DNA of 24,005 bases from positions 1 to 24,005 of IMG/VR virus record IMGVR_UViG_3300016474_000160; one strand, 5' to 3'. The notes beneath the pieces are model-generated. The model was not told the DNA's origin. It worked only from the letters and a program-made list of their open reading frames with translations, and did no database searches. Shown here piece by piece: positions 1 to 7,670 of the stretch (position 1 is its first letter; the number at the start of each line of letters is the position of its first letter). The stretch comes from a virus. Its lineage: Duplodnaviria; Caudoviricetes. The position numbers and the translations under genes are program-made.

Positions 1-138
1 ATTGTAGTGTCCTGTAAAACACCACGAGTAATCCCCTTCGCTTAGTCTCTCACGGTCCCTATTAAGGGTTCCGCCCTGTCGCCGTTTGCCTCGGCTTCCA
101 AGTCAATCAGAGGGGGTTTTAAATCCGCACGTTCGCTT
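1..138 (-). mobile_element. Group I self-splicing intron, 5' part (continues beyond the window), inserted in the RNR gene
   Basis: The RNR ORF stops at GVNP, where NPCxE is expected. On the minus strand the exon end AATCCGT (145-139) pairs with intron GCGGATT (128-122), giving the diagnostic U.G at the splice site (P1). Downstream are CCCCCTC...GAAGGGG (P3-like), GATTGACTTGGAAGCC...GGCGACAGGGCGGAA (P4/P5-like), GAGAGACTAA (P7/R element) and a GTGGTGT/ACACTAC P8-like helix. Confidence 0.85.
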
Positions 139-1207
139 ACGGATTGACGCCCTTAAACCAAGGCGCACGTTTCTTTGCAGCCTCGGCATTGATAAATCCT
201 GGCTCAGAGCCACCAGCTTCCTGCATTCGTTGGAAGATATACGCAAGTTCCCAACGAGTAGGTTTCTTGTGGAACATGATGCTGTTGTTGGACTGTTGCC
301 GATGTTCATTTCCATGAAGCCAGAAGTCTTTCTTGGCAAGGATGAACTCATCAGTTTCAGGATCATCAACAGGAACAAGGGCAATCTCAGCAGAACGACG
401 CGACGAAAGGGTGGTTCCGAGAAGGTTCAGGATATCAAGAATATCCATCCGGGAAAGAAGCTTGCCAGCCCGTTTGTTCAGAAGCTCACAGATTTTGGTG
501 TAGGCATCAACAATGGTTTCATCCCCCGAACAAATCCAACCGTAACCTTTCAGACGTTGGCCAGCACGACGGACTTCTTCAAAGTTAAGGATGATCACAT
601 CCACGGGCTTTTTCATGGCCAAGAGCTTACCGCTTGATTTAGCCCAAGCTTCTGCACTATCACCAATGCAGAGTTCCCACACACGTTCACCATTCTCACG
701 AGTGTAGAAAAGCTCTTTGTTGTTGGGTTCACCACGGTCTTTATTCAGGGACCGTTTTACCTCAATCCGAGCAGTTTTGGCAAATCCATTGAGAACCCCA
801 CGAACAGGTTCAAAGCCCACACCACAGCCTTGGAGGAGCAGCCAGTCGGCATCAACAACATCATGGACCGTCTCCACTCGGAGAAAACTACAGTTAAACT
901 GGGAGGCTTCACGGGACTGTGCGACAGTGGTGCCACCAAGCCAAAGGGTTCGACCAGAGACAGAGGCAATGCGTTTCAGCATAATCTCTCGAAGGTATTC
1001 GAGTTCGTCCAACTCAGCATTGGTGAGAGCTACACCCTTTTTGGCACGTTCCCAAAGCCAACGCTGGTGCTGGATAACCCGGTCAATAGTTTCCTCCCAA
1101 GTCTCAAAGATTTTGCCCTCGGCGTCCTTCGGTCGGTTGTAGGTTCGACGAGTGATCAGTTCAGCACGGGCAGAGGGTTTCTTGTAGGCGACAGACGTTT
1201 TGTTCAT
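139..1207 (-). CDS. nrdJ: Class II (B12-dependent, monomeric RTPR-type) ribonucleotide reductase, exon 1
   Basis: Motifs RTYNR, ETWEETIDRV, GRTLW, FNCSF, GCGVGF, RRSAEI, QSNNS and EPGFIN. Ends at NP just before the catalytic Cys. Confidence 0.9.
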
Positions 1208-1222
1208 TTTTCTTCTTTCTTC

Positions 1223-1636
1223 TTAGACCAGATCGGAGAGGTCAACCTTGGGGAAGTCTTTATTTTTCAGGATTTTCCCATCTTCCCGACGAAGGATAGA
1301 ACCATCGGGTTGATACATACGCCCCATATTATTCTCATGGACACGCTTGACAGCTTCTTCTAAGTCCCAACCCTTCGCATTTGCATACCCATAAATGACA
1401 TACACAAGGTCTGCAAGTTCTTTCAACTCATTGACTGCGTTGTAGGAACCACCATAGTGCTTACGAACTTCCCCACTTATGAGCGAAGTTTCAAAAACCC
1501 ACTCATCATACTCCTCACTAATGAGGTCTTCATAAAGGTCTGGATCAGGAGTTTGCCCAGAGACTTTTGCATACTCTTGAACCATCGTAGTGGGGCTTGC
1601 AAAAGATTCGTGTTCGTAGTAGTCGAGCATACACAT
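1223..1636 (-). CDS. MazG-like / all-alpha NTP pyrophosphohydrolase
   Basis: LISEEYDE, ELKELADLVYV, VHENNM and REDGKILK motifs. Start moved to the ATG at 1636 (TGATG overlap with the upstream stop, AAGGA upstream). Confidence 0.8.
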   Translation of the reverse strand: MCMLDYYEHESFASPTTMVQEYAKVSGQTPDPDLYEDLISEEYDEWVFETSLISGEVRKHYGGSYNAVNELKELADLVYVIYGYANAKGWDLEEAVKRVHENNMGRMYQPDGSILRREDGKILKNKDFPKVDLSDLV

Positions 1637-2163
1637 CAGTTTCTTCCTTTGAAGATGGTTTGTTCTTGGGTAGCACCCTTGGGCCAGAAATACCAACAGA
1701 AGTTGTCGGTGCTGGAAGCTTGACTATCCTTAAACCATTTGAGACGACCAATAGAGACTACCTTAGAACACTTACGCATGTAAGGTCCAAAGTAGGCATT
1801 GTGTAGGTAGTCTGCTGGCAGTAACAGCCAAGTGGGCTTCATGGTAATGAAGTGATCAAGCATGGGGAGCAAGACACTTTTGGTAAATGGTGGGTTGGTA
1901 ATGATAAGGTCACAATCTTTCAGGTCAACAGAGGTGACTTCCATAGCCCCCTTAACGACAGAACTTTCGACAGTCTCACGAATGTCACTCCGCCATTTGC
2001 AGGTGGCCACATCCATTAAGAGGTCTTCAAGATCACCGTTACCATAGCAAGGTTCTGCATAAGTCTTGCCCCTAATGAAAGGGACAAGAGGCTCTACAGC
2101 ACGAGGGTCAGTTGTCCCATAAAAATCTTTGTCTATTTTTGGAAAGTTTGATCTTTTACTCAA
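1636..2163 (-). CDS. DNA amino-methyltransferase (m6A/m4C), small phage type
   Basis: DFYGT, the SAM-binding motif EPCYGNGDL and the catalytic ITNPPF. Probable TTG start at 2163 overlapping the upstream TGA, with GGGAGA upstream. Confidence 0.8.
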   Translation of the reverse strand: MSKRSNFPKIDKDFYGTTDPRAVEPLVPFIRGKTYAEPCYGNGDLEDLLMDVATCKWRSDIRETVESSVVKGAMEVTSVDLKDCDLIITNPPFTKSVLLPMLDHFITMKPTWLLLPADYLHNAYFGPYMRKCSKVVSIGRLKWFKDSQASSTDNFCWYFWPKGATQEQTIFKGRN

Positions 2164-2921
2164 AGACTTCTCCCACTTGCTCCAAGGCCACTGGTGTAAC
2201 TTTTTGCGTGCCCCCAACCACCACAGGGTTGACACTTGAACCTTTGGTAGACCACGCCAACAGCAGACCTGTATTGCCCACGCTTCTGAACAGAAGTAGA
2301 GCCACACTTGGGGCAAGTCAAGGTGTCTTGGTCAGAAAAATCTACGTTGGGGTGGTTTTTGATGTAGGGCAACAGACGTAGATAGAGGGCTTCAAGGCAG
2401 ATAACATCTTGTTTGTTGTATTCCGCCAGTTCTTCCCAAGCTTCGTCATTCCCACGAAGACATTGCCACCACAGCTCAAACCCTGAGAATTTCCCATGTT
2501 TCCCTTTTAGGGGTAACTTAAGGTCTTTGCACAAGTCTTCGAGGCTGTTGCTCAGAAACAGAAACTCTTTTCTGGCGACCTTTAGTGTATCAACAATGTG
2601 ATACGGAGAGGGTGGAGGAAACCCATGAACGATACCACGGGTCAGAATGTGCGGGAGATCGAAGTCTTTCCCATTGTGGGCAACAACAATGTCCGCTTCG
2701 TCTAAGAGGTCATACAAGGCTCGCACAATGGCGCTATCATCTGCCTTGCGGTTCTCTTGGTAGACGATCTTCGTATCACCCAACCACTTGGCAGCGAAGG
2801 ACATGATGAACCCACGATCCTCAAATTGGTTCATACCAATGTTGACCTTCCACCTTTGCCACACATAGGCCAGGTTTGGAGCAAGTTCAATGTCTAAGAG
2901 AAGAATCTTTGCTTTAGTCAT
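2160..2921 (-). CDS. DEDD / RNase H-like 3'-5' exonuclease with C-terminal zinc ribbon
   Basis: LLDIE (ExoI), HNGKDFD (ExoII), YNKQD (ExoIII); CPKC...CQPC. Confidence 0.85.
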   Translation of the reverse strand: MTKAKILLLDIELAPNLAYVWQRWKVNIGMNQFEDRGFIMSFAAKWLGDTKIVYQENRKADDSAIVRALYDLLDEADIVVAHNGKDFDLPHILTRGIVHGFPPPSPYHIVDTLKVARKEFLFLSNSLEDLCKDLKLPLKGKHGKFSGFELWWQCLRGNDEAWEELAEYNKQDVICLEALYLRLLPYIKNHPNVDFSDQDTLTCPKCGSTSVQKRGQYRSAVGVVYQRFKCQPCGGWGHAKSYTSGLGASGRSL

Positions 2922-3295
2922 AGGTAGAAAACTTTCGGCTCAACAGAGTGGTAGAAGTGAGACACAAGGGCGTATGCCTCATTAAAATCCTTAAACCACA
3001 GAGAGATATCGTCTACCTCGTCAGAGTTGTTGATAGACCCTTTTACTTCGAGGAGCCAGTCAAGTTCTGGGTTTACACCATCGTCGTTTGGGATGCTATC
3101 ACGATGGATCGGACCTTCAATGACCCCAAAGACTTCAATCTTGACTTTCCCCATTGCTATGGCTTGTTCTTCAATCTGGAAGTCAATTTGGGCATCAATA
3201 TCGTCCCACAGTTCTTCCGAGACACGTTCCCCAAACCAATCAGCAATGCTTTGAAAGAACCCATAGGCTTTGTAGTAGAATTTATCCATGTTCAT
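2918..3295 (-). CDS. Hypothetical acidic protein
   Basis: Fills the operon gap with ATGA overlaps at both ends. Confidence 0.7.
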   Translation of the reverse strand: MNMDKFYYKAYGFFQSIADWFGERVSEELWDDIDAQIDFQIEEQAIAMGKVKIEVFGVIEGPIHRDSIPNDDGVNPELDWLLEVKGSINNSDEVDDISLWFKDFNEAYALVSHFYHSVEPKVFYL

Positions 3296-3687
3296 TCTTT
3301 GATCCAATCCTCTGGGATGTGCTTGTCGGCATACTGGAACCCATGTTTAAGGCACCAATCTGCATATGTCGTCTTTGAGCCTTTATTCAGTTTGGCTTTC
3401 GAGTTAGAGAAAACGAAACGAATGTCATATTCAGGGCATTGCGTTTGAACCAATAGATGCTTCTTCCTATCAGCAGAGGTGAAACGTCCCTTACTCTCGA
3501 TAATGATGCCGTTAGGGAGCTTGAAGTCAGGGGTATACTTGCGAACCTCATTAACCTCATACTTGATCGTCAAGGTTTCATACTCGTAAGCAACACCCTT
3601 ACCCTCAAGCTCCTTAGCCAAGTCTTCTTCTAGACCAGACCTATACCCAGCAGCAATAGCTCTTTGTCGGAGCTTACTCCGCTTCAT
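3292..3687 (-). CDS. T7 endonuclease I-like Holliday junction resolvase
   Basis: YRSGLE, YTPDF.LPNGIIIESKGRF...DRKKHLLV, DIRFVF, TTYADWC.KHGF. Confidence 0.93.
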   Translation of the reverse strand: MKRSKLRQRAIAAGYRSGLEEDLAKELEGKGVAYEYETLTIKYEVNEVRKYTPDFKLPNGIIIESKGRFTSADRKKHLLVQTQCPEYDIRFVFSNSKAKLNKGSKTTYADWCLKHGFQYADKHIPEDWIKE

Positions 3688-4388
3688 TTAGGTGGCTCCC
3701 ACATTTGACCTTCTTCCCTACGCAACCAGAGTAACTGGCCATTCTCTAAAACCCTCGTGGTGTCCCCATCATAGGCATCAAGAACAGCCTTGTAAAGCTC
3801 CTGTGGGGTCTTAGAGTCTCCAAGAATTTTCTCTGCTTTCACAGGTCCAACACCTTGTAGACCAACAATATTGTCAGCCCGATCCCCTGTTAAAATCTGC
3901 TTGTAGAAGCTCCTATTTCCACTATCAGGGGTGACAAAAGTGTATTCACCAGTTGAGAAGTTGAAATGCCAACAAGGGATTTGCAGCATGTCTTTGTCAA
4001 TAGAAGCAACGACAGTTGTCTCGGGATCACTCTTAGAGGCAGCAATACCAATGGCATCATCTGCTTCTTGTCCATTGATTACGACCCCGTTCCACTTATC
4101 AACCACATGATTGCGGCAAGCATCTAGATAGATTGGCTTCTCTGTCTTTTTTCTGTTGCCTTTGTATTCTACAGTAACAGCTACATCGTATCTGAAGTTG
4201 CCCTTCCCTGTGAGGTAAGATGTGTAGTCATTCCCACTGGAAAAAACGAGCGTCTTGTCAATGATAAAGGTCATAAGATCGTCAACCTTATTCTTTGCAA
4301 GACGCTCAGTGTCGCCAGAAAAAGCGGATCGGTAGGCTACAATGTCGGCATCAACGAGTAGGGTTTTCACCAGCTTGGGATTGTTCAT
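3684..4388 (-). CDS. 5'-3' exonuclease / flap endonuclease (T7 gp6-like)
   Basis: LVDAD, YKGNR, EADD, SIDKD, GDRADNIVGLQGVGPVKA (H3TH motif). Confidence 0.92.
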   Translation of the reverse strand: MNNPKLVKTLLVDADIVAYRSAFSGDTERLAKNKVDDLMTFIIDKTLVFSSGNDYTSYLTGKGNFRYDVAVTVEYKGNRKKTEKPIYLDACRNHVVDKWNGVVINGQEADDAIGIAASKSDPETTVVASIDKDMLQIPCWHFNFSTGEYTFVTPDSGNRSFYKQILTGDRADNIVGLQGVGPVKAEKILGDSKTPQELYKAVLDAYDGDTTRVLENGQLLWLRREEGQMWEPPK

Positions 4389-5082
4389 TAGTCAATGCCT
4401 TCCATGAAACGGGGAACAGTGGTTGGATGATTGCTCCAACACAATCCGCAAGATCACGGATTTCCTTCTGGGCGTGTGAATCTTTACGCTTGTTATAGAA
4501 GTTCGCAAAGGCATAGAGGTTGCCAGTCCAAACCCAGTTGACCTCGACCCCTTGCGGGAGAACGAAACGTGCTTGCTCAGGACAAACTCCATCAGCAATC
4601 ATTGTCTCGTAAAGATCAATCATAGCTTCGCACTTAGCACGATACAAGGTCTTCCAGTAACCAGAAGACGGGTGCTTTCCATCAGACCCTTGTTTTGCCC
4701 CACCAGTAGGCTTTGACCTAAATTCGTCAGGGATAAACAGCACTGGACGAGAGCTAATGTAGCGGCGAGATTCTTCGTTTTCCACTAGACCCTGCTTATG
4801 CTTAAAGCATTGGGTTCTGATAGGAATGGGTGCAGCCATGCGAAGCTGGACAGAGGTGTGGGCGAAAGGGGTCCAATGGTCGTGTTTGGCGAGGTAGTTG
4901 ATTAGCTTGGTATCAGCTTCGGAGAGGTTCACAGGATGTCCGTTGATGGTCTGGTAGACAACCCCCTCATAGTCGTTACGACTCCCGCTGGGGAGCCACT
5001 CGCTCTCTTTGTCGAAGCTAACCCGTGCAGCATTGACTACACTAAGGTCAGACCCCATATGGTCCATATACTCTGCTTTCAT
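4351..5082 (-). CDS. thyX: Flavin-dependent thymidylate synthase
   Basis: GSDLSVVNAARVSF, HWTPF, NEESRRY, EQARFVLPQ, HAQKEIR. Start placed at the ATG at 5082. Confidence 0.93.
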   Translation of the reverse strand: MKAEYMDHMGSDLSVVNAARVSFDKESEWLPSGSRNDYEGVVYQTINGHPVNLSEADTKLINYLAKHDHWTPFAHTSVQLRMAAPIPIRTQCFKHKQGLVENEESRRYISSRPVLFIPDEFRSKPTGGAKQGSDGKHPSSGYWKTLYRAKCEAMIDLYETMIADGVCPEQARFVLPQGVEVNWVWTGNLYAFANFYNKRKDSHAQKEIRDLADCVGAIIQPLFPVSWKALTNEQSQAGENPTR

Positions 5083-5083
5083 G

Positions 5084-5278
5084 TCAGAGGTCCGTATACA
5101 CAGATTCGCCACCACCAGTGTGAAGCTCTACTTGCTCAACATAGGTATAGCCTGCACCACGCAGGAATTGCAAGAACATTTCTGCAACATCCCCAAGGAA
5201 GTCAACATTGTCCTTCGTAACAACAACAGTAGAACCGCCGAGTTTCGAATCGTCGTGGATGAAAGAAATCTGAGCCAT
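5084..5278 (-). CDS. Hypothetical protein
   Basis: ATG with AAGGA upstream; fits the operon. Confidence 0.7.
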   Translation of the reverse strand: MAQISFIHDDSKLGGSTVVVTKDNVDFLGDVAEMFLQFLRGAGYTYVEQVELHTGGGESVYTDL

Positions 5279-5289
5279 TTGTGTTGTCC

Positions 5290-5514
5290 TTATTTGGAAA
5301 TGTTACGGAAGAAGGCACCGATGAATGCCAGAGAGAAACCAAATTGCCACGGAGCCATTCCTGCAAGGCCAACAGCCGAGATAAGCTGAGTAATGGTGGC
5401 GGGGAAGAAATACCCTGCGGTAGCGCCTACAAAGGCACCCATGAGGGGATAGATGATAGCCCCAATAACGAGGAAGAAGGCCGAGATGATGGCAAAGATG
5501 ATGCCTTTGAACAT
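5290..5514 (-). CDS. Small membrane protein
   Basis: 74 aa, almost entirely hydrophobic, 2-3 TM-like segments; AGGA upstream. Confidence 0.75.
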   Translation of the reverse strand: MFKGIIFAIISAFFLVIGAIIYPLMGAFVGATAGYFFPATITQLISAVGLAGMAPWQFGFSLAFIGAFFRNISK

Positions 5515-5542
5515 TGTGTATTCCTACATTGGGGGAGTTTGT

Positions 5543-5619
5543 TGGTGCGGATGGTGGGACTCGAACCCACAGAACCCGGATTTTAAGTCCAGTATGTATA
5601 CCAATTCCATCACAACCGC
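5543..5619 (-). tRNA. tRNA-Leu(TAA), encoded CCA, short variable loop
   Basis: GCGGTTG TG ATGGAATTGGTATACAT A CTGGA CT-TAA-AA TCCGG GTTCT GTGGG TTCGAGT CCCAC CATCCGC A CCA. Confidence 0.92.
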
Positions 5620-6265
5620 ATAGTTGGTTGGCAATCCGTTAGCGCGATGACGTTGGATTGTCACCATTGCACCCTAGAGACACACGTTAACTCGATGGCC
5701 CTAGATTTCTTCATCATGGATAGTCACAGTTTAACTTCTGGCAGTATCAGTGCCTACCGTTCCTTCCACCAACCGCGACGGATCAAGCGCGACTTATAAA
5801 CCTCATTTTATAGGGGACTTATTGAGTGTGTGCAGTCCGCTGTCTTGTCTGCACTATTTCCTAAAGGATTGCGGAGGCTTCATCTTTACAGTCTGGCCAC
5901 ACTCAGAAGATCACATCCGCTTGCAAGACACAATCAGCCAGTCAGAGGCTTAGTGACAAGATGTGATCATCAGAATATGTGCGGGTTTATTTTGGTAGGA
6001 TTGCCCGCAGTCCTACGGTCCTAGGGAGCGACCCTAGTATCAAGTTGAGTGTGGTAACGTGAAAACCCGCTGTTTCGCCCGATGCTTGAGGGTCTATCGG
6101 CAAGCTGTTTCGGTCCTTGCTTCCTCTTGCCGTACTTTCGCAGACGATACCACACTCAGAAGGATTGCGCGATATGACGTATAGTCAATTCCCGTGCCAT
6201 AGGCAAAACGCAACCCACCAGAAGGTGGTTCCCGTGATAACGCCCACGGGCAGGCGTAGTTCTTT
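5620..6265 (-). ncRNA. Candidate large structured ncRNA, or cluster of ncRNAs, between two tRNAs
   Basis: No minus-strand ORF in the track. Consecutive long-range helices, an H-type pseudoknot and a duplicated module (see findings). Strand inferred from the flanking tRNAs. Confidence 0.7.
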
Positions 6266-6343
6266 TGGTCCACCCGGCAGGACTCGAACCTGCGACCCAG
6301 TGCTTAGAAGGCACTTGCTCTTATCCAACTGAGCTACGGGTGG
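6266..6343 (-). tRNA. tRNA-Arg(TCT), encoded CCA
   Basis: CCACCCG TA GCTCAGTTGGATAAGAGC A AGTGC CT-TCT-AA GCACT GGGTC GCAGG TTCGAGT CCTGC CGGGTGG A CCA. Confidence 0.95.
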
Positions 6344-6356
6344 TTTATCTTAGGTA

Positions 6357-6920
6357 TTAGACATCCCAAACGTCTGCATACTCAGATTTCTCCTGAGTGC
6401 CTTGGGTGCTGTAGGGGACATGCTCTTTGACAGCGATAGCTTCAAGACGAAGACCAGCACCATCCGAATACATGTCGAAGCGAACGATTGCCTTGGTGCC
6501 ATTCCCAAGGGGGCCATCTTCTTCGTAGTCCCACAGACGCTTGTTCTCAGGATCACGAAGGTCCACAATCTTGGGGAAGCCACCATAGTTTACTTGGGTA
6601 ACTTCTTTGGTCTTCTTGTTGGTAAACTCTTTGATATTGTCACTAGCCAGACGCTTGAGCTTCATGTATTTCCCAATACCAAACTCTTGATTGCCTTCAA
6701 TGACACGGTTGTGGTTCATCGGGGTAAGGTCCATACCGTCTTCAATCAGACGATCAAGGTCTTCTTGTTTGGTGAAGTAGGCATTGACAACAGTCTGGCC
6801 ACCCTTTGCAGCTACACCATAAGCTGCCGATTTCTTCGGTGCCTCAATATCGCCCTTGTCGTAGTTCTGGGGGAACACTTTGGCGTATTCGAGGATCATT
6901 TCCATATCGTATTTAGCCAT
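6357..6920 (-). CDS. Putative single-stranded DNA-binding protein
   Basis: Size, position next to the replication genes, a GNGTKA motif and an acidic/aromatic C-terminus (EYADVWDV). Function is inferred. Confidence 0.55.
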   Translation of the reverse strand: MAKYDMEMILEYAKVFPQNYDKGDIEAPKKSAAYGVAAKGGQTVVNAYFTKQEDLDRLIEDGMDLTPMNHNRVIEGNQEFGIGKYMKLKRLASDNIKEFTNKKTKEVTQVNYGGFPKIVDLRDPENKRLWDYEEDGPLGNGTKAIVRFDMYSDGAGLRLEAIAVKEHVPYSTQGTQEKSEYADVWDV

Positions 6921-6953
6921 GAATCTTGTCCTTTGCTGGCTCTGTATTATAGT

Positions 6954-6984
6954 ATATACTCTAAAATTAGGATTTTTGTTACCT
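6954..6984 (-). promoter_or_regulatory. Candidate phage-specific promoter AGGTAACA-N15-GAGTATAT, copy 2
   Basis: Same two 8-mers and the same 15-nt spacer as 12560-12590. Both copies are intergenic. Confidence 0.65.
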
Positions 6985-7034
6985 GTTTCTAGAGTATATT
7001 TTAGTATAGTTCAAGTGTGACTCTTTAGACACAC

Positions 7035-7271
7035 TCAATCGTCGTAGTCTTCTGCGTCGGGGTTATCTCCATAGTCACAGTAGTATTTGTAACTATAGTT
7101 TTCTTCGCCTAGAAATTGCTCGATGGCAGTCTCAAGGTTTGGACAATCAAACTCGTGTTCTACGCCATCTTGATCTACGATAACACCACGGGTTCCCCAG
7201 TCGGCGCAACAACCACAATCGTGGCTGTAGTAGTATTCGGTTGCACGAATGCTCTTGATCATTTTAACCAT
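7035..7271 (-). CDS. Hypothetical protein with a Cys/His cluster; paralog of the neighbour
   Basis: HDCGCC motif; similarity to 7264-7497. Start uncertain (7271 or 7262). Confidence 0.65.
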   Translation of the reverse strand: MVKMIKSIRATEYYYSHDCGCCADWGTRGVIVDQDGVEHEFDCPNLETAIEQFLGEENYSYKYYCDYGDNPDAEDYDD

Positions 7272-7497
7272 AGTTGTGACCATCCCAATACACAGATTTT
7301 CTTTTGACTTTTGTCTCTAGCTCTGTTAGGCCAAAGAATTTGACGATAGCTTCTTCCAAAGAATAAGTGTCAAACCTATACTTCTTGTCGTTTTGGTCTG
7401 TGATCTGAATGTAAAGATTTGGCGTGTCGATAGGATACACCCCATCAAGAACAGGGTATTCAGTCACGGCAACCACCCGCTTGATCATTTTGCTCAT
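7264..7497 (-). CDS. Hypothetical protein
   Basis: ATGA coupling to the upstream gene, GGAG RBS. Confidence 0.7.
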   Translation of the reverse strand: MSKMIKRVVAVTEYPVLDGVYPIDTPNLYIQITDQNDKKYRFDTYSLEEAIVKFFGLTELETKVKRKSVYWDGHNYG

Positions 7498-7670
7498 TTC
7501 ATCTCTCCAATGAGATCAACAAGAGCCACATCTTCGTGGTTCAGTTTGTCAAAGAGTTCTCGATCAACTGCATCAGCCTCAAGCAGTTTATTCAGGATGA
7601 AGACCCCACGCATGAGGTGATACAGGTCTTCTACATCAATTTCAATAGTGCGGTTAGTGGACATCTGCAT
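7494..7670 (-). CDS. Hypothetical protein
   Basis: GGAGAG RBS before the ATG at 7670; overlaps the end of the polymerase gene. Confidence 0.6.
   Translation of the reverse strand: MQMSTNRTIEIDVEDLYHLMRGVFILNKLLEADAVDRELFDKLNHEDVALVDLIGEMK

Noticed and set aside
137-1207. nrdJ as a truncated pseudogene
   Set aside because: The stop codon falls at a group I intron 5' splice site, so an intact spliced gene is more likely.
5830-5890. c-di-GMP-I riboswitch resemblance (AAGCCTCCG...GACAGCGG)
   Set aside because: It lacks the GGCAAA-P2-GAAA-GACGC 5' half and is not in an mRNA leader, so the match is too partial to call.
5905-5975. Hammerhead ribozyme (CTGATGA followed by a stem on the minus strand)
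   Set aside because: The stem is followed by TCTTCTGAG, not the required GAAA, and stems I and III are not evident.
5620-6265. tmRNA, RNase P RNA or theta/HDV-like ribozyme
   Set aside because: No tRNA-Ala-like ends or tag frame, no RNase P P4 consensus, and no HDV nested double pseudoknot seen at the tRNA-Arg 3' end. Only a covariance-model search can exclude these fully.
5750-6332. Short plus-strand ORFs in the tRNA interval
   Set aside because: They run against the operon, show no motifs, and one overlaps tRNA-Arg.
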